Assembly (NCBI GenBank): GCA_049724395.1
Contig: JAUGWO010000144.1
Coordinates: 62,001-98,208 of the forward strand
Direction of reading: 5' to 3'
Source of the DNA: Spongospora subterranea f. sp. subterranea
Taxonomy: Eukaryota
DNA: 36,208 bases
The notes beneath the pieces were generated by a model. It did no database searches. It saw only the letters and a list, made by a program, of their open reading frames with translations, and had not been told where the DNA came from. Numbering within the stretch: the stretch's first letter is position 1; every line of letters begins with the position of its first letter. The position numbers were made by a program, and so were the translations under genes. Of this stretch, positions 11,376 through 26,070 are shown in pieces.

Positions 11376-12837
11376 GATATTGATAGGACCAGGCCCACAG
11401 CGATGTCGCTAATCAAGTAATGATCCACTGTCCACTCCTTGCTTTATTGAGTCTTTATTGCCAGCGAATCGCATCAACAGTCTGTATTGAATTACCCAAT
11501 CGTATATGTCATAGCTATCATCCCTCGGTGGTCTTTTGCAGGAATGAATGGCGGAACTCTGAATAATCGTGGGCAGACAGCTCGCGTTATATCCTCGATT
11601 GTCGTGGTTTGCAGTACTATTCCGGGTTGCCAGGGCATTTGGCCAAAATACTCAACAATAATGTGCTGATATGAATTGTTCTTTTCTGTTGCTGGATTTG
11701 GGGTTTACAATTCAATACAACGCCAAATCGCATTTGTAGTTTTCCACCTTTAACCTATTCCCGACGCCAAATGGGCAATCAAGGCAGACGATCAATGGCA
11801 ATAGACTTCTCGGCCGATTCATGTCTACGTACGATTCGTAGTTCTAATGTCCCATTTGGTCAAAATGGCGCTGTCAATGATGATAAGGATCTTCTTTGAC
11901 TCTCAGTACACCATTGAAGCCACCGGTGTTCTGAACTTTGATGGTTCATGAGTACATACGTCCTCTGTATTATTACAGGAGTATCATTCCACACGAAGCT
12001 CTGTTTTATCGAAGGGCATGTAAGAATAATATTTCGCCACTGCAGTAGGTAGGCAGCTTTCGCATTGCCTGTTCCAGTCGATTGCTGTGTCACGCTCTGG
12101 ATGGAGCCAATCGAAAAATAAATCCATTTCTGGGCCTTGGATACGCCGGGCCGATTTCAATGTTGTTAATGTTCGGTAAATCGCAACATTCATCAGTTTC
12201 TCATTGATAATTATTGCATGTTTATGGGAGGCTGTGAGAATCAGATTTCAGAACCTCAATGTTAAAACAATCTACCTACCGGCTGTTAACTTTTGCTAAA
12301 ATACAATGAGACATGGGTTCATCGGTTTCCTGATACTTTGGCGGCAAGATATGTCCAATGTTGAAATCAAGTAATGTTTCACAACTGCACTTTGCGACTT
12401 CAAGTGGATTTAAACACCTCGCAAATATCGCCGACTCAGAACAAATTAACCCATTTCTTTCTGAATCATGTTATTTCTGGCATTGTTCATTAAGTGCATT
12501 ATTTTTTAATGGGCGCGCCGTGTGCTAATCCCATCTGAAAAAAGGCTCATGAGAAGATGATCATTGGAGCACGAAGAGATCCAACTGAAGCCTGGTGCTC
12601 CGGTATGAACTTCCAAGTGCCTACCCTTCATTGCTTCAATGCACATTCGTATCATATTCTTTATGGTTTGACAACCCCAACAAGCGAAGGGAAATCAGGG
12701 ATCTCTAATAAACTATGGTTGATCAACAACGACCCGAATCATGGACCAAGTTAAGCTAATCTGCTCTGGAAGTTAAGGAAAGCATGTGTAAAGAATTGGA
12801 TGGAAAATTTTAATACTACATTTGAGTAGCAGCGTCA

Positions 12838-15800
12838 TTACATAACACGATGGCGCTGCTCCTGAATCTTTCTAATCAAGTCGCGCGGATCGATATGAAG
12901 GTCATTACTGATCGATTGTCGGGTTGCAGCGGGCAACAATGGAAACTGTTCGCAAAGATCCAAGTCAATACAGTCTTTGACAGGAAAATACGATGAGCGA
13001 TAGCTGAGATGAGCTCGTCCACTCAGAGGTGCCGACTCTGTCCTCATATGCATTTCTAAATGACTGAATAGATCAACATCCTAAGAATACTTTCAGCTAA
13101 AGAGCAAGAATGAGGCGCAAAACAAAAACCTCTTTTGTTTGAAACGGAACAAAAGCCATGATAGCTCCCTGTATGGTAGATACGAATATCGCCTCAGCTG
13201 CACCAGTGACTAACTGACCTCGCATTGATGCCATTCCAATGTCACCGATGTGAAAATTGTTGGCAGTCTTTAGTTTATGAGCGGCACCTCGCTAAACAAT
13301 AATTTAACGACGGGAAAATGTTACATGCAAAACAGGAACTTACAATGAGGTCGCTATTTTGTAAAGTTGTATTGACTTGCGGACCAGATTCCGATGATGA
13401 AAGCTCTAACTGAGACTCCAACGGTAGTCGCGATGTGAACATATTGCCTGTAATGCGGGAAACCATCAGCAAATTTCTCTTATGGACGCTACGTTTGCAG
13501 TAAATACCGAATTTATCAAAGCCGGCGATAGTATTGTAATCCAAGACCGTGATGGAGGTCAGAAAACGAGGCTCAGTGGAATCGGCGACTATATCGAACT
13601 GCTTTTCATTTCGGTAAAATCTGACGAAATGGACAGAATCGGCCTAATGACAGTGGAAAATTAGTCCAATGAGACCACTGATGAGCAATCTGGGCCACCT
13701 GCGTTGATACGTAGATACGATCAGCTGACGAATGAATTGCAATAATTGACGACGGGAAATTGACATTCTCCGCTTTTCGCAGCAGTCGAGCTTTGCCAAT
13801 ATCATATAAGCGCAACGTTGTACCACATCCAGCGAGCAAACGACCCTAACAGACGCGCAGAAAAGACTTAAGATAAAATGACCACTGATGAACACAAAAA
13901 TCACCTGAAAAGCATGAAGAGCAAGAGGAATTTGCTCTGTTTGTGTCTCATGTAATAACTCTAGCGAATACTTGTCATTATGATGAAGTACTCGATATAG
14001 TCGTATAGCGTAGGACTCCGCTTTTCGGGGCTTCAGCGTTAGACCAGTGCTAGTACCAACAGCAAGGAAGGACTCTCCGGACCGAGCCGAAAACTCCACT
14101 ATATGAAATATGAGTCATTGCATTTCTAACAACATAGAAATCCATACAGCATGTAAGACAATGAGCGCTAGTGTTTTCAGGAAGGACGATCAAGTCGTGC
14201 AGATTACCGCTAACAATATCGATGATGCGAATTGCGGACGACCAGGTGCTAGGACCAGAGCGGGGCGGCATGACAAACGACGATGGGTGACCTGATTCTT
14301 CTTCATCCTCATCTTCACTATAATGAGCAGCAATTCAGATATCGTATAACGACAAAAGAAATCAAACAATACCGGTTGTTTGACACATTCCTGGCATCTT
14401 CCCTGTCCATTTTCGAGTTGATTGGAGGACGGTGATCAGCCTCAATCAAAAAGGCGACATTAGAATGAACAGGATGAGTTACCAGGCGTCGAGCAGTACG
14501 ATCTAAGGCAACCGTTGAGGACGAAAACGGCGAATCGCCTGTGAAAGAAAATCAGCAGAGCGGTAATAATTCCTTGCTTGAGAGTGAAGTACCAAGTCTT
14601 TCGACAGCAATGATACGCAAAGTATTCTTGCTGATGGCAACAACTCCATCTTGGCACTGTTCGGATTGGAACGGGGCCACATAATCGAGAGGTTCGTAGG
14701 CGATGGGCACAAGCGTTATATTAGTGTTGTCTGACAAATTGCCGACCGATGGAGGAGCATAAAGGAGCCAGGTACGAGACGATACGCACATCACGCAAGG
14801 GACACCGTCGCATCGAACACTAAACAGAGTCACCGGGCGAGCGCCTGCAACCACAACGTTGTCAATAAGAGCGTGGCATGCACATTTATTGCAAAAACTT
14901 ACCGAGAAAACGTTTTGTGGCGTCAACTAGCGCATTGCTAGTTGGATCGATCGATGACCTGATCAGAACCCCGTTTTGAAGGCCACACATTAAATGTGTG
15001 TAACCGCCAATATCTTGTAAAAGCAATGAATTTGGAACACCGTCCACACTCTGGTAATGGGAATGGGTTTTAGATAATGATATCGGAAAAAAGAAGGTTG
15101 ACGGCGACTATACCTGGACAGTGAGCTGAATCATTGGCTGGGATGGATCATCACACTGGCATAGCAATACGGTCTGGTCGAAACAACCAACCGCCATATA
15201 CCGTGCACGCTGACGCCCATGTGGGACGGCAGACAGCGCCAAACATGTGACGTCATGGCGCAATTCTTTCCGATCCATTTCCAAAAGATGACCAGTTTGA
15301 TCGTCCAATTCAAAGTAAGCCAGTTCACCTCCTACAGTACACATGAATACTTCTTCCATGTTCCTCATCATTAAAGCTGATGTTTACCGGTCATTGCAAT
15401 AACGATTTGAGACTGATTTGAAGCCGATGACACGATGGTCTTATTGCCGGGTGGTGCCCACTGGGATATCAGGGCGTCGGAGGAATCGCTAACGGTGATC
15501 AGCCGAATCCCTTGAGGATGAACTTGGGCGACAACGTGCCGCCCTAACAGTGAACACGCCAAAGTCGGAGTAGAATTGAGGAATCCACTCTCAGATACCT
15601 AAAAGCCAACTAAGACGATTGAACGTAGAAAACAGCCGCAAAAGAACAGAATGATGAAAGGACCAATGAAAACAGCATTTAAAAAGTCAAACCTCTTCAA
15701 CGGTTTCTCCAATACTGAGAACCAAGGTAGCATTCGTGTAGGAAACAACGATATATCGATGATATGGATCATCTCGATCAGTACGAACTGACCAAACAGC

Positions 15801-17751
15801 ACATGGTGCACCAGGAACATCAGAGACGGCCATCTCAGTCACCCCAAGACCTGAATGATCCTATGGTCAGCATGAAATGTCAAGTGGACCAGAACCAACA
15901 AACCTTGTCGGAGGACTCGTAATGAAGATGATGTACTTCTACCGCAAGTTAGGTACAACTGGGACGCGCCTTCTCTATCGGTCCATAACATCAATTGAAA
16001 GTTGTCAATCAAGTCAGACCGTGTAATAAAAAATTACCTGGCGAGATCGCTCAAGATCATCGAAGTTATCGGAGCAAGAGATTCAATTTCGTCGACCACA
16101 ACTAAGTTTTTCAAAGCCCGTGGCTCGAACATAACTTCATTACCAGAACTGTTACATTCATCGTTTGGATCAACATCACCTGCAGCACACAGAATTAGCT
16201 ATTCTGATCAACGGAAGACAATGAGAGGACTAACCGATCGAAGTGAACTGCATAAGATAATGGTTAGAATGTTCGGAGCCAACGAACAGGAACCCAATCT
16301 GCATTATGCAAAGAGCTGTGGATAGCGGCAATGTATCGAAATACGATACTCGTATATCGCCAACTGTAACGGTGCCAGGCAGCATCGTCAGCGATACTTT
16401 GAAAACGTGACCACGCTCAGATTGCAAAAGAAAGAAAAAGATTCTAAGTGGTTGAGTAAATCTACGACCATAATCAATATAGGCGGGAGATAAAGTACCC
16501 CTTTTGTCTATGAGTGGCGTGGGAGATGATGATCTCTTCAAGTTCATCGTCAGTTGAGGAAGTGGGAATATTGGAGCTGAACGATATGGCCTGAGCCGAT
16601 TCGGTATTGTGATAGGAGATGCGTTTGGAGCTACATATCAGAATACCACCGGGCCCATCCCAGGATTCGCCAGGGACACTGATCAGTTTATGGGACGATT
16701 CGGGTACCCTAACCATCATTATCAGCTAAATAACTTATCACGACGACATTGGCGAATACGGGATCGATAGTTTTCGAGTAACATGGTTTAATCCCAAATC
16801 CAATTCATAGTAGGTCAACGATTTGCTACCAGCAGAGGCGCCTTGCCCATCACTATATGGGAGCTCCAAACACTGTTAATAAACTGACGATCAGCAAAAA
16901 ACTAGCGCGAAAAATATTTTACAAACAGCGAATAAAGGGTTTTCGAACCCAACATCAACGCCGACCACATCGAGAAGCAGATTGGACGACTTATGAGCTT
17001 CTAAAGGCGATGATATAACCTAGTGAAATAGATACATAAATCCTGGCTGTTTACAAATGTGATGAAATATACCAGATTAGCCTTGCTGTCACGGGTGAGA
17101 ATGTAAACAAACTTTTGCTTCTCAACAGCGGCGATCATTACAGCCCTTCCGTTTGGATCAACAGCTAGGTATTGACCTAAACCGAGATTTTAGATGCAGC
17201 AACGAACACAGCAAAGCACGTATGACCAGGGACAATACGCCGGCATCCTGTCTTTCCGAACGTTTCCTCATGCACCTAAATTTAGGTTGAAAAAAAAGTG
17301 GTAGAAGATGCTGAAACCAGCGGATTATATACTTTTACAAAAGCATTAGCGCTGACGTCAAATCTCAATAGCGTGATCTTTCCAGAGTCGGTTCCCAGAA
17401 TCAGGTAATCAGTGTCGGCACCGGTTAAGCGAAAAGGGGCAATGCACCGAATACAGCTAATAATGCAAAATACGATTTTGAGATTTCTGAATTGGAAAGG
17501 AGGACCAGTCTCAAAATTACCCAAAAGCCTGATGATAACAGATCTGCATCAATTGATCAACGTTCCTGTCATGGCGTTGGAGTGACAGCGACGTCCCTGA
17601 AGCATTGAAAATTTAGACCCATGTGCAATCAATAATATTTCTGGGCACCATGGTTTATAACAATTTCTTGCTCTTTCGCCTTGGAAAACGACCCAAATAC
17701 AGCAGATACGCATGCAGTTGCCGGTTTGACGGTCAGGGAATATAGATGCAT
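12838..17751 (-). CDS. SF3B3: Splicing factor 3B subunit 3 (SAP130/Rse1), many short introns
   Basis: N-terminus [31 protein letters not shown]. Internal [58 protein letters not shown] and DKFGN. C-terminus [31 protein letters not shown]. Not every intron was checked. Confidence 0.95.
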
Positions 17752-18133
17752 TCCTGGCTATTCTGTGTGTACGGATGGATTAGGGCGATGAGAACTAAGG
17801 GTAATCGATGCGATATCGGCGTGTCCCGATGATGAGGCAAGAGGATATCGATTGGGAAGTCCCTGGCTTCCTGGGCTCGGTTCAACCCTCTCTTGTCTTT
17901 ATAGGCGATAAGACACCGTGCGGACTTGGAACACGGGACATTAACACTACAGATAACTTCATGCCCTGCCCTGGTTTTCATCATCAACCCTTTCATACTC
18001 TCCTCATTCCGATCTGCTCATTCTAAGTATAATACTTTGATCGTGGGTTATGGTGTGTCTACGCGTTGTGTCCAACGGGTCTATATCGTTAAGAGGACAT
18101 TGTATTTATATCGAAGCTTAGCGTTCTTCCCGT

Positions 18134-21100
18134 CTACATTGCTGTCACTGTCGCATTGCCAATCTGGCCAACGACTCGGTAATCGGTTATTGTTGTAACA
18201 TTCATGTATTCAGGGGCTCCGGTTCTGAGTGGTTGAATGAGACCCGTGATTATATAAACTTAGAGAAATGGACTTACACAAGATCTTTAGTTCCGGCGTC
18301 ATATGCCTTGAGTTCCATATCTTTTGGGAGAAGAGCGTTTCCTGTTGGGTTAAGGTCCAGCGAATCGAAACCTGTCATCCAATCTGGACTTGGGAACGAC
18401 TCTGCCCACACAAGATAAAAGAGGAAAGTATTGGCTTGCGGAAACCTAATACCAGAATCGTTGAATCCCCGCAGATGCATTGAGAACATACTTTTCTCTA
18501 ACCTGCATGGTGATTGTAGTTGGGATAAAGCTCGACGCTTCGCGAGCTTTGAATATATCCCCAACGAATCCATTTGCAACTAGCGAGGATATCTCTTCCT
18601 CCAAAGTTGTAGTGTTTCCTGTCTCAGCTAGCGACTTCATTCCTAGAAACCAATAGAATCAGCCACTGACGTTCTTAGTAAACGTTTTATACCAATGGTT
18701 GCTGGCCGTGTGTTATTGGGGTTAAAAAGGAGTTGAGGGGTGAAATGGTTAACGCAGATGAAGCCATCAAGAGATTCTGGTCCATAGTAGCTTGGATCCT
18801 TAATCTTCATACCCAAACCTGTTTATAGTCAATATCACAGTTGATTAGTATCCGTTTTGGTTAGGTACTTAGTTGAAGAATGTAGGAGGCACCGTTCAGA
18901 TTACTACCGTTAGGCAACACATCAACAGGAATTGTAACGTTCTGACCCGAAACGCCCATTCCTAGAGTACATGAAGTGCCGTTCAGAGACAAAGGTCGGA
19001 TTGTTGATGGGGTGGGTGGCCTTGAGGGTGATGGCGAGGGTGTGCGGGTGATTGGGGCCGAGCTTCGACTTGACCTAGGTGCTGAAGTCGGAAGTCTCGG
19101 TGGCGCGGTTGTCGGAACAGACGGTCTAGGAGAGGAAGTGGCCGCCGTTGATCGCGGTGACGTCGTAGGACCCGTTGTTTGGAACGATGTTGCCGGATTG
19201 GTTGAAACTGGACTGGTTGTTTGCGTTGATGATGGTCTCGTTGTAGGTGCGGAAGTTGAAATCGTTATCGGTGGGGTCGTGCTTGGTGACGAACTAGTTG
19301 GAGAGGGGCTGGTCGTGGGCGTTGACGTGGTTGAGCTACTGGGAGAGGAAGTGCTGGGTGAAGATGTTGATGCACTAGTTGATGTGGGAGAAGTAGTTGG
19401 TGCAGAAGTCGATACGTTAGTCGAGTTCGGGACAGTTGTCGGTACTGTCGTTGACGCATTGGTTGACTTTGGAACTGTTGTTGGTGCAGACGTCGACGCA
19501 TTTATCGGAGAAGTAGTTGGTGTTGTTGTTGTTGAATTAGTAGGGTTTGGGCCAGTTGTTGGAACAGTGGTCGTTGCATTAGTTGAATTGGGACTAGTTG
19601 TTGGTGCAGACGTTGATGAGTTGGTCGAGTTCGGACTGGTAGTTGGTGCAGAAGTTGATGAATTGGTCGAGTTCGGACTGGTAGTTGGTGCAGAAGTTGA
19701 TGAATTGGTCGAGTTCGGACTGGTAGTTGGTGCAGAAGTTGATGAATTGGTCGAGTTCGGACTGGTAGTTGGTGCAGAAGTTGATGAATTGGTCGAGTTC
19801 GGACTGGTAGTTGGTGCAGAAGTTGATGAATTGGTCGAGTTCGGACTGGTAGTTGGTGCAGAAGTTGATGAATTGGTCGAGTTCGGACTGGTAGTTGGTG
19901 CAGAAGTTGATGAATTGGTCGAGTTCGGACTGGTAGTTGGTGCAAAAGTTGAGGAGTTGGTTGGGGTCGGACCAGTTGTTGGTGCAGACGTTGATGAGTT
20001 GGTCGAGTTCGGACTGGTAGTTGGTGCAGAAGTTGAGGAGTTGGTTGGGGTTGGACCAGTTGTCGGACTTGACGTTGATGCATTAGTTGGATTTGGACCA
20101 GTGGTTGGCGTAGACGTTGATGCATTAGTCGTGTTTGGTACCGTCGTTGGTGTAGAAGTTGATGTGTTGGTCGGATTTGGTACGGTTGTTGGGGCCGACG
20201 TTGATGCGTTTGTAGGGTTTGGATTGGTTGTTGGAGCTGACGTTGATGAGTTTGTTGGGTTGGGATTGGTTGTTGGTGCAGACGTTGTTGTGTTAGTAGG
20301 GTTTGGGTTGGTTGTTGGTGCAGACGTTGTTGCGTTCGTAGGGTTTGGATCGGTTGTTGGTGCCGACGTTGTTGCGTTAGTAGGGTTTGGATCGGTTGTT
20401 GGTGCAGATGTTGTTGCGTTAGTAGGGTTTGGATCGGTTGTTGGTGCAGATGTTGTTGCGTTAGTAGGGTTTGGATCGGTTGTTGGTGCAGATGTTGTTG
20501 CGTTAGTAGGGTTTGGATCGGTTGTTGGTGCAGATGTTGTTGCGTTAGTAGGGTTTGGATCGGTTGTTGGTGCAGATGTTGTTGCGTTAGTAGGGTTTGG
20601 ATCGGTTGTTGGTGCAGATGTTGTTGCGTTTGTCGGGTTTGGATCAGTTGTTGGTGCCGACGTTGTTGCGTTTGGATCGGTTGTTGGTGCAGACGTTGTT
20701 GCGTTTGTCGGGTTTGGATCGGTTGTTGGCGCAGACGTTGCGGTAGTTGCCGTCGGTTCACTTGTTGGCGCTGAAGTCGATGAATTGGTTGGCGTAGGGT
20801 CACTGGTCGGGACAGACGTGAACTCGGTGGGGCTGGGGCTTGTCGTTGGTGACGAAGTGGCCGGCTCTGTTGGAGTTGAAGTTGCCACGCTTGTAGTTAT
20901 TGGGGCAGTTGTTGAAGGTCCCGTTGTTGGACTGGACGTTGGAGCTGTAGTGTCCGGACCATTACTTGGTAGACTTGTAGCAGGCGTTGATGGCATCGGA
21001 GAGTCCGTTGGATTGGAGGTAGCTGCAGTAGTTGGGGCGGGAGAATCTGTTGGGCTGGATGTTACTGCAGTAGTTGGGGCGGGAGAATCTGTTGGGCTGG

Positions 21101-21725
21101 AGGTAGCTGCAGTAGTTGGGGCGGGAGAATCTGTTGGGCTGGAGGTAGCTGCAGTAGTTGGGGCGGGAGAATCTGTTGCCGGCAAACTGGGTGGTTCCGT
21201 TGAAGCCGGAGAAGTGGTGGGCGACGTAGTAGCTGGAGCTGTAGCATCAGTAGACGGTGCGGCAGTGGTTGGTGAGAAAGTTGGAGCGTCAGTAGGTGTG
21301 GCGGCGGTGGTTGGTGAGAATGTAGGGGCGTCAGTAGGCGTTGCGGCGGTGGTTGGTGAGAATGTAGGAGCGTCAGTAGGTGTGGCGGCGGTGGTTGGTG
21401 AGAATGTAGGGGCGTCAGTAGGCGTTGCGGCGGTGGTTGGTGAGAATGTAGGAGCGTCAGTAGGTGTGGCGGCGGTGGTTGGTGAGAATGTAGGAGCGTC
21501 AGTAGGCGTCGCGGCGGTGGTTGGTGAGAATGTAGGAGCGTCAGTAGGCGTTGCGGCAGTGGTTGGCGAGAATGTAGGGGCGTCAGTAGGCGTTGCGGCA
21601 GTGGTTGGTGAGAAAGTTGGTGCATCTGTGGCAGGCGCTGTTGTTCCTTCAGCCGGGGCAGTAGTTTGCGTGTTTGCTAGGTGAAGCAGTCCGGCAAGTA
21701 TTAAAATCAATATTTTCGAAGGCAT
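18134..21725 (-). CDS. Secreted Thr/Ser/Pro-rich mucin-like protein with a C-terminal Spondin_N (F-spondin/mindin) domain
   Basis: Signal-like MPSKILILILAGLLHLANT from ATG 21725, then about 900 aa of TSP repeats. Four short introns follow, giving GMKSLAETGNTTTLEEEI..FYLVWAESFPSPDWMTGFDSLDL..LKAYDAGTKD..NATVTAM* (Spondin_N motifs LAExG, PSPDW and YDAGT). Confidence 0.82.
19560..21630 (-). repeat. Coding 42-bp (14-aa) tandem repeat arrays of four types
   Basis: PTDAPTFSPTTAAT (about 9 copies), PTDSPAPTTAATSS (about 4), APTTDPNPTNATTS and APTTSPNSTNSSTS blocks. Confidence 0.95.
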
Positions 21726-22335
21726 TGTGGATAGCGATTTGGGATTTCTACCCAAACTATCAAATAAGAGAATGATTAGCACGCAGAGGATACAGACGAA
21801 CCTGGTCAGCACAACCTGTAAATGTATCACTTAAGGTGATACGTATCTCGTAGGGTGCATATATAAGGAGAACCACACATTTGCCTTAATTTCGTGCGGA
21901 ACCCTGCGAATACATGGATAACCTCTTACACGTATCTAAAAATTCTTTGAAGACAGCGTCTGCACAAATGGCGTACAGGAATTCTGCAATTGTAACTTCA
22001 AGTGGCAAAACCATGTATTCTAATGCCGCTTTGGGTTTTCGAAATCAGACAAAACGCGTCATTATGCGGATTTCCGCATGATCCATCTGAAGATTTGGTG
22101 CTTTTGAATCGGATCGGCAGTGGCGGTCCGCTGATCTCATCGACCATAACCGTTTCCGACTATGGTCACACTCAGATTATCGTTATCAATTTAAAAAGAT
22201 GGCCCGGAATATTTATGCTGTAATCGCCGTATTTCTTCCACTCCTGGCCATATAAAATCAGCATTTCTGTAGAGGACTAGCTCTGTATACATCTGGAATA
22301 TTCCTCAGAGTTTTCGAAGAAGCTAGATTAAGTGC

Positions 22336-23740
22336 TTAAACATTTACAACACTTGATCCTCCGACTGCTCCCCAAAGTGTTATCAAATCTGACCATACAA
22401 TCTCATATTTGAACTTTTGTATATCCAGCGCCCAACGCTGTAGTTTTTGACCAACAGAATTAGAATCCGCAGTCTGCTGCGTCAAATTCTTATGGTCGAC
22501 ATGTCGTCTGAACGGTCTGAAATTCATAAGCAAATAATCAAGTCTACTGAGAACATTCACAACATCTTCTGAACAGTAGACAGATTAAGTTGCGCACCAG
22601 CGAACTTATGACCACAGATTCCCAAAGGCTCATGTCTTTGCAGTTCCAGCTTCTTCCACAAACAAGCCATGGACATTTGACAGGATGGTGGGCGATCATC
22701 GTGGGTATGGACATGATAATGGATGGGCATACACGTTGGTAGTATGATCTGTTGATGTTCCATGAACTCTGTAATGCGATTGGTATGATTAGAGCGGCAC
22801 TGATGATCACTGTTGTGGTTATTTATACCCGCATAGCCATTGTTACGGTGCATGACCAACAGATATAACCCCTTATTCGCTAACCTGAAATCCAGACAAC
22901 AACTCTCAATGTTGTTAATAAAACCAATATTTTTGTCACATCCGAAGGTCTCGTAATTTCTTCGGAAATAGAGTAGGCAGATGTTGCACCCTTTGAAGGC
23001 CCCCCATAAGCTAGACGCAGTAAACAAGTCGCTGACGAGGTTTCATAGAGGGATGTGGTCTATGCCGATCCCTTGTCAGCCGTCCACATCGTTTCGAAGC
23101 CCGGTATGGAGCGGTACCCCCTAACAGGCAGTCCCCGAGCATATAGCTCATCTCGACCTGTCTCTACAATCTTCACCATTAGGGCCACTCGCCTGTGCCT
23201 GGCCCATCATCAGACTATGTGCAACACAGTTCGGGGATCCTCTTCATTCGATTGCCGTCCCACATCATCAATATCTTTTCCTACCGACAATATCTCCTCC
23301 ACCATTCGGCCGTACGTGCACAAAGGGAGATTCGTTCAGATTCAGAGTTAGCCGGTGCAGGACCCGATCTATAATATCCTGCCTGCATATTCGCCAATGA
23401 GCGAAACCATGACCGACATGGTCACGGAGGGTTCCATTGCTTCTTCGAAGTCGCTCCTTTACTTAGCATCATTGTGCTCCACTTTAGCGGAAGAGAATAA
23501 TGCCCATAGCGCATTTACTAAAGTTGAAGGATGTAAAGGAAGCATCTCGGCCCTCGATACTTTATCGGGAGCGGGTACAATTTTTCAAAGGACTCTTTCC
23601 AAAGTGTTTTTCTCTCCAATTGTTGATCTTGTCCAATCGCACTCGCTGGGCAACCAGTGCCAGGTGAACAATCAGTCTGCTGCTTTCTTTTCATCAATTA
23701 GCTTTGCGTCGTTGGTTAATTCAGCGTCATTTATTTGATC
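22336..23740 (-). mobile_element. Highly degenerate Ty3/Gypsy relic (RNase H plus upstream fragments)
   Basis: EPLGICGHKFAGAQLNLSTVQK, RLDYLL..F...VDHKNL, QKLQRWAL..FKYEI..WSDLITLWG. Confidence 0.65.
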
Positions 23741-23797
23741 TGATATTTGACTTGAATGTATTCAACGATCATGTGGTTTACGGTTGCCCTTATGTAG

Positions 23798-24230
<433 letters not shown>

Positions 24231-24439
24231 TTAGACCATCAGCAACGCAATCACACAATTCACTTGGATGTTAATATTGCTATATATTCCTGAGGATCAA
24301 TGAGAGGCAAGATATTTTCAAGAACATGTTTGTTAATGATGATAAATAAATACAATAGATTGTGGAATTGTACGGTACTGTACGTCGTACGGTTACACGG
24401 TTACACCTCTACAGTCGATATTTGGAAATGATTCAACAG

Positions 24440-26070
24440 TGTATAGGGTAACGTTTACCATCCGAGGTCATGTGACTGTGCCTGTCCTACCTGGAACTGC
24501 TGTTGAGACCTATTGGTGGGTTGCGAAATGGGAAGACAATAGTGTCCAGACATCAACCTGTTTAACAATATTCCAACTTCGTTTTCCATGTCTCTTAAGA
24601 GTTTTCGTCGTTGAAAATGGCTACAGCGGAATACCCATGATGGATTCTTATAGGAAAAGTTCTTTTCAGACAGGCATAGCAATCTTTGTGCCGGGTAGGC
24701 ATGTTCAAATATATCATCACGGATGCTGGAAAGTAAATCAATTGAGGCGAGTATTTTGATCTTATCGAGCTGTGGACTGTCATATTCCAGCCTGAAACTG
24801 TTCCTTCTGTCTAATGTGCTACTATGTTTCTGACCGAGTATCTATGAGATGAGGAACTGCAGTGTTTGATCAAGATCGCTGCTCAACGCTTTATTTCATA
24901 CAGTCATGCGCAAGGGAGCACCAACCATTGGATCTTAGATCCAGATAATTTGATCATCGAGTTACCGATGAATCTTACCTTGCTGGTACACAGATTGGGT
25001 CCAAATGTCGTACCGGGTGATGAGGGTGCTCTTCGTCAACGGATTCACAGAACTATTGATCGGGCAGGAAATAGAAAACAGTCGCAAAATCCATGTTGCT
25101 CAAAGGGTGCGTCCTAGGCTGACACTGAACAGGATTTTCCAAGCTGGCGTCAATCGAAGATAAGGAAAACCTAAACCTTTTTGTAGCAATGATGACGAAC
25201 CAATGTTGGTTTCGTTACCTGATTTTTTACAAGCACTTGGTCGCAAAGGGGGCGACCGAAAGTCAGCGCTAAAGAGCTTTACTGTTAGGTGATGAGTTGC
25301 TTACGGGCACTCGAATGGTCGTTTCTTAAAGAATCCAGACATCGTCATGAGCGCCCAACAGAAAGTTCGGATCGACGAGATGTAATGTAAAATGGATGGA
25401 TCGTGTATGGAAATTATGGCTGAACAGCGACCATGCAATTTGCCATATTTGTTGATGGATTGTCTTAAGGCGATTTTGACAATTTGAGTGGGTGTTCACA
25501 TATTTACTGTTTGTGCAGGTTCATATGCAAGTTCCGTGGTGGAAATCGACAGGCAGATTTAAGGACCAGAGGAGAGTTTATCGTGGCAGTATGCCCGTCG
25601 ACATTACAAATCCTGGACGTCAACTTCAATCTTCCGTTTCAATGACGCATAACCAAACCAATAGGACCTTGCCACGTGAGGCAAGATTAGGACCTTGCCA
25701 TGGACATCATCTCCTTTACATCCGCTTTCGATTCCTTTATCTCCGCCAGGACCAATGTATTCTGAAACCCCATCTTCAACGCAGTCAGCTTCTGTTTTTC
25801 CAACAGATTCTTATCTGTTGTTGAAAGAGTCGAACGCCCAGATGTTCGACTCTAGAGTCGAACCTCTGGAATAGGACTTGTTGGACCAGGCGCCATCTCC
25901 TTAACCTTTTCCACAACCTCCAATTTGTGAAGACCCGCGTAGCCAAGCGCCAAGGACAAAAAATTAACGAAGCTGTCATGATTGCAAACAGAAGAAACTG
26001 TGTCCGAGCAAACATCGGGGAGAGGCGAAGCCCCCAAAAAAATGCCAACGGTCACATTAGCATTGAATAA
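24440..26070 (+). mobile_element. Possible degenerate DNA-transposon coding relic (family unassigned)
   Basis: Fragmentary motifs across frames: GKVLF, HVQ..GCW, xGSTN, IFYKH and a terminal RSCHDCKQKKLCP..KC Cys cluster. Many stops. Confidence 0.3.

Noticed and set aside
11440..12200. Broken minus-strand ORF pieces
   Set aside because: No recognisable motif and many stops; cannot assign.
17752..18133. Short ORFs between SF3B3 and the mucin gene
   Set aside because: No motifs; best explained as UTR or promoter sequence.
18976..21684. 902-aa V/G-rich ORF on +, and Q/H-rich alternative-frame ORFs on -
   Set aside because: Shadow frames of the Thr/Pro/Ser repeat exon. The minus-strand frame has the signal peptide and the spliced Spondin_N domain.
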